Positions 1-12,010 of a stretch of DNA of 64,000 nucleotides are shown in pieces. The first letter of the stretch is position 1. The number at the start of each line of letters is the position of its first letter. Source of the DNA: Camelus dromedarius (Eukaryota); the NCBI RefSeq assembly GCF_036321535.1, contig NC_087438.1:9674001-9738000 (forward strand), written 5' to 3'. A program made the position numbers and the translations under genes. The notes under the pieces are model-generated. The model saw only the letters and a list, made by a program, of their open reading frames with translations, was not told where the DNA came from and did not search any database.

Positions 1-760
1 AAAAAAAGGATATTAGTCTTTATCTGTGGTGTATATTGCAAATATTATCTTATTCTAATTTTAATCTTTTAACTTTGTTTACAGTGTCTTTTTCTGAAGG
101 CAAATTTTTTATTTTTATATAGTTAAATCATTCAACTCTTTTCATTTTATCTTTTTGGTATTCAGTCACATTTAGGAAGGACTTCTACATCTTAAGATTA
201 TAAATTTGCTTTTCTATACTTTCTTTTAGAAATTTTATAGTTTTAGCTTTTTGCATTTATACATTTAATTCATTTGAAAGTAATAGTTTAATATGCTGTG
301 ATGTAGTACTTTATTTTTTCTTAATAAGTGCCTAGTTATTTTAATACCACTTAGTAAATAATCTGAATTTTCTTGCCTGATTTAAAATATCAGTTTTATC
401 ATATACAAAATTTCCTTATTCTTAATACACACACACATTTCTGTGCTTTGTTTTGTTTCCTTCATCTATGTGACTATCCATTGCTTAAAAAAATAAATCT
501 ATTATTCAAAATTTAATTGTAATCTATTAGGGTATCCTCCCCTCTTCCCCAGGATTTTTTCCCAAATTTCAAAATTTTCTAGACTATTATTTGCAGTAAA
601 CTTTAGCATTAGCTTGTCAGATTCTATGCAAATTTCTTTAGTGTTTATTTCCGCCATTGCTTTTTTAGGTTAATTTTTAAAAATATGATATCATATTTAG
701 TCTTTCCATTTAAGATATAGAATAATTATTTATTTACTTTTTTTTACAATTCCTAGAGTT
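1..760 (-). mobile_element. Old L1 (L1M-type) fragment, ORF2 3' region, antisense
   Basis: T-rich sequence resembling antisense L1 ORF2 (e.g. 'ggatattagtctttatctg', 'tattgcaaatatt', 'ttttatagttttagcttttt', 'atttaattcatttgaag'); heavily diverged. Confidence 0.7.
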
Positions 761-2074
761 AATCTGACATGTCCTAGATTCTAATAAGTGCATATTTACA
801 CATTTACTGTTTCTAAATACAGAATACATATCACTTGCATATGTTTACGGCAGCATTATATATGTATATGTTTGTGGTAACATTTCTTTTTATTTTTTCT
901 AAATGCCATGTTTAAATTGTAGGTAGCATTTTAGAGTCAAGAAAATGTTGTGCCTAACAGAAAAAAATAGCATTTCTTTAAATATTTTCGAAATATTATT
1001 AGATGTTTTATGTACTTTTTGATACTCTTTTTGGTTTATATCTGACTACCTTCATAAGAGTTGGGTATTATTTTATTGTACAAAATCTACTTTAAAAGTT
1101 TGAATTGTATTTCTACTCTATTTAGTAATCAGCAGAGAATCTTGTTATGATCAAACATTGTTTAGCAATCACTTGTTTTATAAACTTGATGTGCATAGAT
1201 TAGATTTTCTTAAATAAAAAATCTCCTAGACTCCTTTATTAATGTTTCCCATCAACAGTCTGCCCACAAATCAATATTCATGAAACAATTGACTTTTGAA
1301 TTTTTCGAGCCCTCTATATTGCAATCAGTGGCATTGGTGTTAGGGAACAACCGATTAAGGAAAGCCGATGTTATGACAAGAGCATCCGGGATTTGATGAC
1401 AGAACCATCCTCGTTATTAAGTCTACATGTCCTCAGGTCAATGAGGCCCAAGTAAATTAGAAGCCAGGATTCCATAATTAGGAGCAGATAAGTCCAGCCA
1501 ATATCAATATGTGGCAACAAAGTTAATCTCTTTCTAATACAGGCTTAACCTGCTGGTTTTTAAATCAGAAAAAAAATTTTTACATGCCCTTTTAATGCTT
1601 CTCTGAACTGATGCCATAGGGGAGGTCTAGGATCTAGGAAGTAACAATAATTCTATTTTGAAGTATCAGGAAGTTTCCTGAGATCTCACAATACAGGACT
1701 GCAAAGGAATTATGTTAATAGCAATAATCCAGATATTTCAGCCCCTTTAAAACTTTATCTACCTCTAAGAATTTTGGAGCAGATCTCCCACTTAGAGCCA
1801 TGAGGAATTCTGCTTAGTTACATAAAACTTCCACTGTTTCTGCCATCTGCCTCTGTGGGACTTTTTCTACCTTCTCCCTCCAGGGCTGCTCTAGGTGCCT
1901 GGGAGCTCCTGGAAACCAGACTTGTATGCCTGAAGCTAAGCAGGAAGACGATGTTGTTCTCCTGGGATGTAGGAGATGAAACTATCTTCTCCGGGAGCCG
2001 GGGTCCCATGTGTGAACTGGAACATGTAGTCTGTCCCTCCCTTCTTCTCCTTTTCTCTAGGACCCAGGCATGAG

Positions 2075-2190
2075 TTCTGTCTAATAATGTATTGAATATA
2101 CACATGTGCTAGGGATTGTTCTAAGAAATACAGATGCAAAAATGAATAAGACATAGACTCTGATTTCCAAAAGCTCATAGCCTAGTAAAG
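2075..2190 (-). mobile_element. L2 LINE 3' end fragment
   Basis: 'tattgaatatacacatgtgctagg...aatgaataagacatag...ctcatagcctagt' matches the antisense L2 3' terminus. Confidence 0.65.
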
Positions 2191-4539
2191 TTGACGCCTA
2201 TTTCAGAAAAGAAATACAATATAGAAATAGACCCAAATTGCCTGATTGCCTTTTGAATGTTTGAAGAAGTCACCTCATTTTTAATAGCCACTGCCTCACA
2301 TTGTCTTGGGTGTGGTGTTACTACTTCATCCATGTCTGTCCTTTGGACCCTTGGGAGGCATTACTAGCTATGGTACAATTCAACCTTCAGACTCAAATCG
2401 GGACTTGGGCTTTCCTGATGAAGAAAAAGGAAAGCAAGTCCATCCCACTTGTGCAAAGATCCCCTCTCCGGGCTTGCCCAGCAATCAGGAGTCGCCCAGA
2501 GAAGGGAAATAGTAGTTTGACATTTCTAACATTTCTCTCTTCTGATGTATGTTTCCATCCTAAAATAACCCCTTGATTTTTACACATGTGATTTGCCTGG
2601 GGTGCAGGTAAATCTTATGAAATTGGAGAACATAATAGAAAGCGAATAATTAAAGAATATAGCTTTTTGTAGTCACTTATTTGATCTCTTTTCATGTAGT
2701 AGGGAAAAAAAACAGACAGTCTTCTAGTTTCTGTTTCCATAGGTGAGACAAGCAGAGTGGCCTAGGAGTCAACCTCTTTTCAAACCAATTTTAAGTGCTA
2801 ACTCCAAATCTACTGGTACCATATTCAGAAAATCTTGTCATTGGGGTTTAGGTTCTTGGCATAGGGTCTTCTCCAGAGTCCCTGGACTCTAATTCCTAAT
2901 TTACAATGCAGTTTCTGAAGAACAATTGTCAAAGCTTCATGCACATTGGAAGAGAGATTTTTCTACCCGCTGCCAAAGGAAAAGTTAAATACCTTATTGA
3001 AATGCATGGAAGAATCCTTTATCATCAGAGGGCAAAAGTTGCTTTCAATACTTTATTTAAACTCACATATGTTATTAGTAACTGACACAGAAAGTAGCTC
3101 AAAAACTTTCTAGATGTTTCTTTCACTTTGCAGGGAAAAAATGATGTGTTAATGTTTTCTTTCTTCCACAACAGCATCAGACTATAATTACACCAAGTCT
3201 CCTTATGCTATGACTAGGGGGAAAGAATGGGGGTGCTTACATGTTTAAACGAAAATTTTAATCCCTCCAAATTCTGCCACAATTTAAAAAAATCTGTTTA
3301 TCTCATATTCCAAAGTCCCTCATGACATATGCTACCTATGAATAATATTTTTAAACCCACATATGCTAAATACACTGTTACTGTTCTCACATTATTAGCC
3401 AAGTGAAGCTCTGCACTAATTCTGCAGAACAAAATGTTCCCGACACTTGAAGACTCTTGCAAATTTTCATATTTTTGAATTAACTTTTACCCTGAAGCTC
3501 ACAAAATTAATTTTTAAATTCCTTGAGGAAAGTATAAAACCAAAAGCAGATTTAAACAGCAAAGTTTTGTAACAGCCACTAGGCCTTTTAGCTATAGCTC
3601 AAGGTGACTATTTTCATTCAATCTTTTGGTTGACTGCTGCATCAACTTGTATTCCAAGAGATGTTCCGCCTTCTCATTGGGCCCTTTTGCCTTCTGACCC
3701 CATCTACATAACATTCAGCAGCTTTTATTTCAATCCATTTAGCCTCCAACATCTAAATAAAACTCTAAAGGAATCATGGGCCAAACTAAGTAAGGGAAGA
3801 CACAGAAACAGGAAATCTTCAAATCCCCTTCTTCCTGCCATGCCGTCTTCCAAAGCAGCGCTGCTGTTACCGTCTCGCTCTGCCATATTCGAACAATCTC
3901 TCCTCTTGGAGGCACGCTCATTTGTCCATTTCTATCTTTCTAACCCACTGCCCTATTTATCTTATCTTTCGCCTTTTCACTCAATTCCTCTGATTTTCTT
4001 CTGTCTTGTGAAATGGAGCTACACCAAAAAATGCAAGAACTGAAGGAGAGAAAATAAAATGTCTGTCCTTGGTCTATTATCTGAAGTTTCATTGTCTTTT
4101 TCTTTTCTTGCACATTTGTTCCTTTTTTCTCCAAATATCTTCAGGTTTGTGTTGCTTTTTTTTCTCTTACTCTCTTTCTACTCAACTTATGTCTTTCCCT
4201 ATCCCCTGAGGGTCACCCTTCATTCGTTGTCTAACACATTCACCTACCTTGGTAAACTAGGTGTGCTTCAGATGATGGTTAGCCATCTGTCAACTTCAAG
4301 GTAAGATGTATTTTAACAATTTTCTCTTGCCTTTGTTCTGAATCAAAGGAATTGTTTTAATTTGGAAAAGTTGAATGATATATGAAATCCTTTGATCTGC
4401 AGCATCTCCCATAAATAATGCCATGTAGGTTCTTATGTATGTTACCTATACCTAGAGCACTGTGAAAGATCCAATGTCCCTTATCCCCTCCAAAAATAGT
4501 TATTGTGTGCAAAGGAGATTAAACCTTAGTAACTCAAAA

Positions 4540-5080
4540 CATTCATTCATTGTTCAACAATTATAGTTATGTATGGAACCTTCAATGTGACAGTTGTAGA
4601 GCTAGGTATGGGGGATATAAAAATAAAATGTAGTTCCTGTCCTCAGGCACAGTCGAGTGAGGGATGCACACAGCACCATGTGATCAGCGCCATGACTGTG
4701 AACCATTGTTTCATGTTATGGCAGTTCGGAGAAAGGTACCTACTCCAGACTGGATGGATGGAGTCCTAGAAGGTTTCCAGGTAGAAGGGACAGCCAGGCT
4801 TGGCTGAGTTTTGAAAAGCTAAAATGAGACATCCAGACATGAAAATGGAATTGAAAGGGGGTGTTTCAGAAAGATGTTCTGTATTTACAAACATCCTGAA
4901 ATCACAAGTTCAGATATTAGAAACTGGGGATATGGGTGGGAATGAGGGAAAAGATGAGGCTGGAAAAGGAGGAAGGGGCCAGATAATGAAGGGCCTTTCA
5001 TACCAAGGTAAAGATTCTGATTTTATCTCAAAGACAGTGGGGAATTACTGAACAATTTACGGCAGAAAAATAGCACAATC
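4540..5080 (-). mobile_element. L2 LINE fragment
   Basis: Starts 'cattcattcattgttcaacaa' (reverse L2 tail); internal 'ggggccagataatgaagggcctt...gattttatctcaaagacagtgggga' typical of L2. Confidence 0.75.
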
Positions 5081-5109
5081 CTGTGCTACAATGTATTGAA
5101 GTCAGGATT

Positions 5110-5305
5110 ATGCAGAGTACAAAAACACCATGTTTGAGGACAGACAGATCCAAGTGTGCATTCCAGCCCTACTTTTGCGCACCTGTGTGCTTTGGGACAC
5201 ATTTGAGATGTCTGATCTCTACTTTCTCCGTTGATAAATGGAAACAGAACCTGCGAGGTTGTTGTGGGGACAGATCACAGATGGGACTTATTTAAACATC
5301 TAATA
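5110..5305 (+). mobile_element. MIR SINE
   Basis: 'cagacagatccaagtgtgcattccagccct...ctgtgtgctttggg...aaatggaa...gaggttgttgtg' follows the MIR consensus order. Confidence 0.65.
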
Positions 5306-5349
5306 TGCTACCCTCTCTGCTGCTATTCTCTGCCTCCCCTCCTTCTCCC

Positions 5350-5795
5350 CATCTCCCATCTATTTTCTAACCTCTGCTGCCTGCTCTATGCTGTGGGAGT
5401 CTGACCCTAAGACAGTGAACTGGCCTGGTTCCCTTATTGTCTGCTTCTTAGCCAATGAGAGGCACCAGCAAGATATGGGAAGAGGGAAGAAAGAAAGGCA
5501 GGTAATTTCTTGTCTACTCTCAGTCGCCGCTTTGAAGCTGCGGTTCTGATGGTGGCTGTATCTTTTCAATACCAAAGCGTCTCCGCAGCTCTGGTCCTTA
5601 TGGAGCTCCAAGAACATTCTTTCCTCCCTTTGCCCTCCATATTTCCCACTCTACCAGCCCCTTGATGCCTCAACATCCTCTTTCAGTTTTCTTTTTTTTT
5701 TTAACTTGACCACAACTCTACGGTTTCTCATTGAAATTTCTGTAGTCAACAATGTGAGTAAAATCCTATCCCCTGACAGAATTCCATCAGATGAA
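5350..5795 (+). mobile_element. ERVL solo LTR, LTR33/LTR41-like
   Basis: 'agccaatgagaggcaccagcaagatatggga...ggtggctgtatc...tcctccctttgccctcc' resembles the LTR33 group. Confidence 0.6.
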
Positions 5796-7327
5796 CCTGG
5801 TTTATAAAGGGCTGGTGATGACAATTTTATAGAGGACTCCAGCAGCAACGAGTGGAGCAGGGGTGGCGTTCCTCCCATGTCAGCATTCTCTAAAATGTGC
5901 TATCCAAATACAAAGCAACGTGACTATGTCTCGGTTGCGGTATTACATAGAGTGTTAATCTTTTTTCCTCAGTATTATGAACAATGATAAGTTGTTGCTA
6001 AGCAGCTGGTATGAGGTTTATTCTTCAGAATCTGTAACTTTCAAAATTTTGAATCCTAGAACTTTTCTCAGAAAAGAAAGGGAACGACTCTACATGTGGG
6101 AGAGGTAAGAGTGCATCTGCCATCATAGCTCTTTTGGTGCCAAAGTCCCTGCAGTGGGAAGACTGCAATCTGTCGCAGCTATTAATACTGCAGAAGGAAA
6201 GCCTACAGGAGGAGAAATTTGCAGTCAAACACACTAAAGTCAGAACATAAAAAAGTTAAGAATTCTTTAGCCACAGTGGTATACCTATACTTTGTTAGTG
6301 TCTTGGTTACATATTAGTCTAACTTTAGATTGTTTTCACCAAGTTTTTACAGCAAGAACAAATTTTTTTTTGATAAGGAAGGAAGCAAAAGAAAAATCTC
6401 TAAATCATTTAAGAACTTATACATTCAAGAGTAATTCTCTTTATTTACCAAAATATTTTTATTTCCTTATCTTAGAATAATAGAACATTTCACAAGCTCA
6501 AGTATTGCCTCTAAAAAGATGAAAGAGAAAAACCCAAGGCTGTCTTCTTTTACATGAAACCTGACCCTTGGAAAAGGATGAACCATATAAACTTGCAACA
6601 ATGTTTTTAAGGAAGCATGGTAATTAAACATTCCTAATGAAGTTGGAGATTTTGTTTTAAATGGGCAACTGGTTAATAATCAAGTAAATCTGTTAAAGTA
6701 GAAATTAGAGGTATAGGCCAAGAAGGAGATTCTTTTTTCTGTTACATATAGTTTGTATCTTGTAAGTAGGAATCACTCTCAGTATTTATCAAAAAAAAAT
6801 AATGTACCTTGTTTAAAAATCAAGAACAATAAAAACAAGGATAATCCTGATTGATCAAAAGGTTTACAAAACAGTTAAATTAAGGGCTTGTTATTCACAA
6901 TGCAAAAGGATTTGCCCCTTTCCATAATGTGCTATTTTCTATAGCTTGTCCTATTAGGGCATAAAAGTACTGGAAACAAAAGGGAATATTTGAGTCACAT
7001 ATCTGGGGGGGGACAGGAAAAATTTCAATTTAGGAGAGCCAACAGATCACACACTTTGACCTCTCTTTGAAACCAACATTCCACTGATGTGATTGAAGTA
7101 AAAAACAACAGCAGATAAGTTAAAGCTGAGTCGGAAAAGGACTTCACCAGACCAAACCAAAGATCTCTCAAAGACATAAAACTGATTAAATTAAACCAAT
7201 GAGAAAACTCAACAAAGACAACTCAAAATGCAGGCATTTGATTGAACTAAGTTGAAGGGTATTTCCACAGGGAACCAAAGAATAACCCCCGTGGTCAGGA
7301 CAGAGAGCAGGGGAAGAATTCTGCACT

Positions 7328-7505
7328 CAGAATACCGGAGTTCAAGTCCAGGCTTCACCACCTCCTGCCTGCCTCAGTGTCCTCAACTGAAGAGTGAGAA
7401 TTAGAACAGTATTTACCTCAAGAACTAGTGTGAGGATTACATGAGATAATGGACTTAAGGTGCTTAGCAGAATGTCTGGCTCACAGGAAGTAGTCAAGCA
7501 TTTAG
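7328..7505 (+). mobile_element. MIR SINE
   Basis: 'gagttcaagtccaggcttcaccac...gcctcagtgtcctc...gtgaggattacatgagataat...gtgcttagcagaatgtctggc'. Confidence 0.8.
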
Positions 7506-7662
7506 AACTCAACAAAAATAAGAACACCAAATATCAAAACCTAAACAAAGCAGTTGAAAATAAGCAGGAAAAAAAAAAGTCATAACTTTAAGTGCCTTTA
7601 TTACTCAAGAATATTAGATGCATAATGCTGATGAAATGCATAAACTAAAATGAACCAGATTC

Positions 7663-8065
7663 TGTGGTTTCCCTAGTCAGATCCCAGGGATCCATTATTA
7701 GCTGTGGAGTACGCCCCTGCTGTTGGCCTGCGCCTGCTCACTTCCGAAGCAGATTGCCCCGGGACGACTGCCTCACTGAGAGGTGCCCAGAGTTATGTCT
7801 CAGTGGCTGGATTATGCTATTGGCTGGAGCCAATGGCTGACCAGTGTTGGTACACAAAAGTCCCGTATCCTTGCCTCAAGTTAGGACAGGCTACGGTAAA
7901 TTTTGTTACAGATCCCCCCACAGGATCAGGCTGAGGTTGGATTCCCCATCCCCTCCCCACCACTCACCCCTTACAGAGTCTCATGAGCATGACCTTAACA
8001 AATCACTTTCACCAGAATCCCAATCCCATCTCAGGCTCTGCTTCTGGGGAACCCAGTGTAAGATA
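7663..8065 (+). mobile_element. ERVL solo LTR, LTR16 family
   Basis: Starts TGTGG; has 'agccaatggctgac', 'ccttgcctcaag', 'caggatcaggctgagg'; ends 'ctcaggctctgcttctggggaacccagtgtaagata' like LTR16. Confidence 0.75.
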
Positions 8066-8276
8066 CGAGCCTTCAGTTCAGGAGCTTAGAAAAAATACTC
8101 CCCTAAAACTCAGCCAAAATAAAATATAAGCAAGGTATTAATAAAATGAGAGGGAAATTAATGAAAAGGAGGGAAAATGTGAGCTTGATAAACTAAACAA
8201 GAACTTGCACTTTTGAATACTTTTGAAATAGACCTGTCAACCGATCTCCACTTACCTGACTCATTGGATTAGTCAC

Positions 8277-8472
8277 AGACCTTTCCATTCATCTTATGAA
8301 TCATTGTGCTTTATGTGGAAAACAGGTAATATGGAACTCAGACTAGCTGATGTAGTCTCAAAGGCAGACTCTGTCCCCACACCAAACATTGTAACTGAAT
8401 TCCTATGGGTGCATATTTGTCAGAACAAAAAGTATTCAATCACAAAGCATATCTGTTATATTTTTGAACACT
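8277..8472 (-). mobile_element. MER105-like non-autonomous DNA transposon
   Basis: ~200 bp 'ccattcatcttatgaatcattgtgctttatgtggaaaac...caaaggcagactctgtccccacac...gcatatctgttat' matches my recollection of MER105. Confidence 0.5.
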
Positions 8473-8949
8473 AACTACTTTTTTTTTTCAGTTACCTAAC
8501 CAACTGCTAATACCAATCCCATTGGATTAGTGTGCTTCATTCTGCTCAAAAAAAGACTTCAAAAACCATAAGATAAGAAAGGAAAATAAGAAAATATAAG
8601 CATGTCTTCTCCTTTGTAGAAGAATAAACTAGAAACTAGTATGATTGATGGGTAGGTGAAAACAGGGTGGAAAAATGGTTCTTCTAAGTATTTTTGCCAT
8701 AAAAGTCTTTGCCAGTTGAGCAGTTGCTCTGTAAGCAGTTTCATACCACAAGTCGTTGGCCATGACAATTTTGCCACAAGAGATAAATTATTGAAAATGA
8801 AATAAAAGAGGGACATTAAAAAGGATATAATGAAACATGAAAAATTAATAATATTTTTTAAGATTATACAATGAAAAATAAAAATAGAAAAAATACCTGA
8901 ATACATTTAAAAGGTGCTTAGATTCACGGTTATAATTGTATTCAGTATA

Positions 8950-9126
8950 CAGTTGTCCCTTGGTATCCCCAGGGGATTGGTTCCATAACACCCCTGCAGA
9001 TACTGAAATCCACGGATGCTCAAGTCTCATGTAAAATGGCCTAATTCAGTCACATATTTGCAGGTTCAGCATCCAAGATGGGTAGAACCTGTGGGTGCAA
9101 AACCCGGGGATGTGGAGGACCGACAG
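8950..9126. mobile_element. MER2-like Tigger (TcMar-pogo) MITE nested in the MULE
   Basis: Termini CAGTTGTCCCTTGGTATCC and GGATGTGGAGGACCGACAG; TA target-site duplication at 8948-8949 and 9127-9128. Confidence 0.85.
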
Positions 9127-9149
9127 TATCTTAGAGAAAGGGGTAATAC

Positions 9150-9888
9150 TTCCTTCCACAAAGTCAATCATTAAGCACTCAGGATCTCATGTTGGATGTA
9201 AGCTCTTTAAAATAGGTTTTTTTAAATCTGAAAATCTCTTCCAGTTTCCCTGAAAGTAAGAGAAGGTGAGGGACACCGCTGTTTCACACAAACACATGTA
9301 AAGTATATAACTGATAGTACGTATCCAGACTGTGTTTAAATTTTCCATCGCATACCTGGTCATAATATTTCACCAGACTTTCTAAGCCACCTGTCTACAT
9401 CATGGTCTCCACTATCAAGTAGCAAAAAATGTTCACCGTTTTCCACAAACTTATCAGGAATCACACAACCATTTCTTTGGGGGTCATAGGAGGAGCTTGA
9501 GTCTTCTTAAGCCACCAACTTCTAATATTGCATGACAAATTCGGGAAAGGCGCCTTGACAGAACAAACTGTTGTATCTAAATTAGCTAAAGAATTAATCA
9601 CCAATGCGCTCAAAGACTGCTGTGAATTACTAGCTGCCTTTTGTACTTGCCGTAGCTTGGTAAACTTTCGGCTTTGATGAGTTGGAGGGATGACAGTGTT
9701 CACGAAGAATTTGCAAACGCTGATGTGTTCCCATTTTGTAGCAAAGCATGCAATCTGGGTTTATAGTCTCCTATTTCACACTTCCTGTAAGTTTTCTTAT
9801 CACCGCACTTTCTATCAAGTTGATATAAGTAGTTGTTATCATCCACTATTTTAAGGTCTCCACGTTTACTCTTAACTGTACAGATCAT
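9150..9888 (-). pseudogene. Decayed MULE transposase (FLYWCH zinc finger + partial DDE domain)
   Basis: Minus-strand translation across frameshifts: MICTVKSKRGDLKIVDDNNYLYQLDRKCGDKKTYRKCE..; EHCH (9690-9701); GEHFLLLDSG (9408-9437); DGKFK (9335-9349); YQLYTLH (9296-9316); MIDF (9160-9171). Several stops and frameshifts. Confidence 0.85.
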
Positions 9889-10604
9889 TTTGAGGCCTAT
9901 GCGATTTATATAATATAAAAATTGGAGTACTGCCTCAATGGAGAAATGAAACCAAACTCACAACCAGTTGAAACCAAACTGTCAAATCAAACTGACAACC
10001 AGTTATTTTATCTTTTACTACAAAATTGCCTTAGGGCCATTAGACGTGTGGGAAAACTGCTTACAGCAGAAACAGTTAAGGGGAGATCAAAATAATAATA
10101 AAGAAATGGGGGAGTGGAAATGGGGTGAAAGACTGAAGTGGGAGTCATATTCTCTGCGTGCGCAGTTTTGTGCACCTCTGACTTCCAGAACCACTTTTAT
10201 GTTTCACGTGATCAAAATTAAATAATTGCAGTTAAGCAGAATGTGTGCATGGGCTGGAGTGAGGGGGTCACTGGTACAGGGTGCAGTCACCTGGGCTCCA
10301 TCCTGCAGGGTCCACCACGCACGTAGGGAGGAACATACCTCTGCTCTCCCAGACTTCCTGCAGGTGAGGATTCCACAGCTCTGTTCCTTGAAATTGGGCA
10401 GGAAGGAGAGTGGGAGCATCGCTTGTGGCTTCATTCACCTCAAGTAGGGCAGATAAAGCGGAAAAGCTTCTGTCCCAAAAGAATTCCTCTTCTTGGTTCT
10501 CTGTCTAGATAGAATGGCTCTTTCTGGGACTTTTAATGTCTTCTCCCAAAGGCAGTCTGGCTGTCAGTTTTGTTCTGGCACTCAGGCATAGATCAATCGT
10601 AGGC

Positions 10605-10624
10605 AAAAAAAAAAAAAAAAAAAA
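10605..10624. repeat. Poly(A)20 tract
   Basis: Direct count. Confidence 0.95.
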
Positions 10625-11183
10625 TTTTAAAATAACCCACTGCCAGGTCATTCCATAGGACTAGAGATCTTTAGCCAATATAGCTACATTTTCTACCTTT
10701 CAGTATCGTCTGATAGTTTAGGTTTATTAGTTGTTCCTAGTGAGAGAGACAAGACACGATCTGCTTATCCCATATTACCTGGAACCAGAACTCAAAAAAC
10801 TCCTGATTTTTATTTCTTTCAGAATATCAGGTTTCTACTCTGTTTGGCTGTTTCTGGTCCTTTCTGGCCATTTTATGTCCTCTGAATTCACTTCCCTGCT
10901 TCGGTTCTCTCCTTTCAATGGCGCTCCCAAAGAATGATATTTAAATTGTATTATTCCTTTCCCATATATTAAAGGAAACTCTTATCTGAAAAGAACTGTC
11001 TTTCAGCAACTATTTGGTTCCCCTGAAATAGACAAGTTTCAGGAAAAGCCAAGGAATGTTTGATTCATTCCTTTGATTTACCATTTTTCAGAAATAAAAT
11101 ACAGCATTTTATTTTTAGGAAGTTTGTGTGTATAGATATTCTACTCATATATTATATGTAATATATTATACACCACACGTTAT

Positions 11184-11783
11184 TGTAGCGTAAGCCCTGA
11201 TAGTCGTTTGCTTGTTTTTGCTGCGAGCGCTTGACTTGAGCTTTGATTGCCAGGACATCTGCTTCGAAGAGAAGAGGCGCCCACTTCAAAGATGGCTGTC
11301 TCCTACAGCCACCGCGCCAGCCACAGACCAGCTCAAGAGCCAGGCTGCCGGCTCCGCCCACCCCCCTCAAACACACAACCCGCTTTGTCTTAGGAATCTT
11401 GGTTGGTTTCCATCACTGACCATTTGGGCTGCGTGTTTTTTCTCTCTCTACACTTTAAACTCCTGCTCCTGTGTTTTAAATTCACCAATAAAAAGCGAAT
11501 CTAGCAAACTCTAAGTCCCCACCCTCAACCCCAGTACGGAACCCCAGGTTTCCCAGTTTTCTTTCCTTTCATCTCTCTCTCTGTCTGTCTTTCTATTTCT
11601 CCCTTGTTGTGTGGCCTCAGGTGTGCCCTGTACCTGCCAGGACCTGTGAGTAATAAAATGTGTTCTTTTTGCAAAGTCCCCTGATAGTTATTGCTGAGGA
11701 TGTCTTGCAGTTAATAATAAGAACCCCAAGGGTGGGTCCGGCCACAGCGCTGGTTATCAATAGGCTGAGGCCATCATAAAACA
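11184..11783 (+). mobile_element. ERVL solo LTR, MER54-like
   Basis: TG...CA ends; 'gcttgacttgagctttgat...ccaggacatctgcttc'; AATAAA near 11652; 3' end 'ggccacagcgctggttatcaataggctgaggccatcataaaaca'; no clean TSD. Confidence 0.65.
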
Positions 11784-12010
11784 ACTCTATACCATAACAG
11801 GCAGTATGTGGCATACATTTTGCACTCTGCATAATATAATATATAGAACATGATATATTCTATATCTAGAAGGATGTACACTGAGCGGCTGTCAGTGATT
11901 TTCCTGGTAAATGGAAAGGCAGAGAATGGAGGGGGAACTTCCACTTTCAACCATATTAGCTCTATTTTCCTTGAATTATTTTTAACAAGCAAGCACACAC
12001 TTCATTTACA
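11784..12010 (+). mobile_element. L1ME-type 3' end fragment, apparently interrupted by the MER54-like LTR
   Basis: 'tctagaaggatgtacactgag...tcagtgattttcctgg...ggggaacttccacttt...ttgaattatttttaacaagc'. Confidence 0.55.

Larger units (their letters stand above)
8677..10075 (-). mobile_element. Mutator/MULE (MuDR-type) DNA transposon, internally deleted fossil with TIRs
   Basis: Inverted repeats 8729-8792 and 10001-10066 (shared ctgtaagcagttt, tggcc, caattttg, agataaa) flank a decayed transposase. Confidence 0.85.

Noticed and set aside
4211..4300. Possible 90 nt exon with strong AAG|GTAAGA donor
   Set aside because: Acceptor is a weak GAG, the peptide is unrecognisable, and no partner exons are evident
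9461..9888. Possible domesticated FLYWCH gene
   Set aside because: Multiple frameshifts and stops, loss of conserved W/C residues (YRKC..DY), and a deleted catalytic C-terminus indicate a dead transposase
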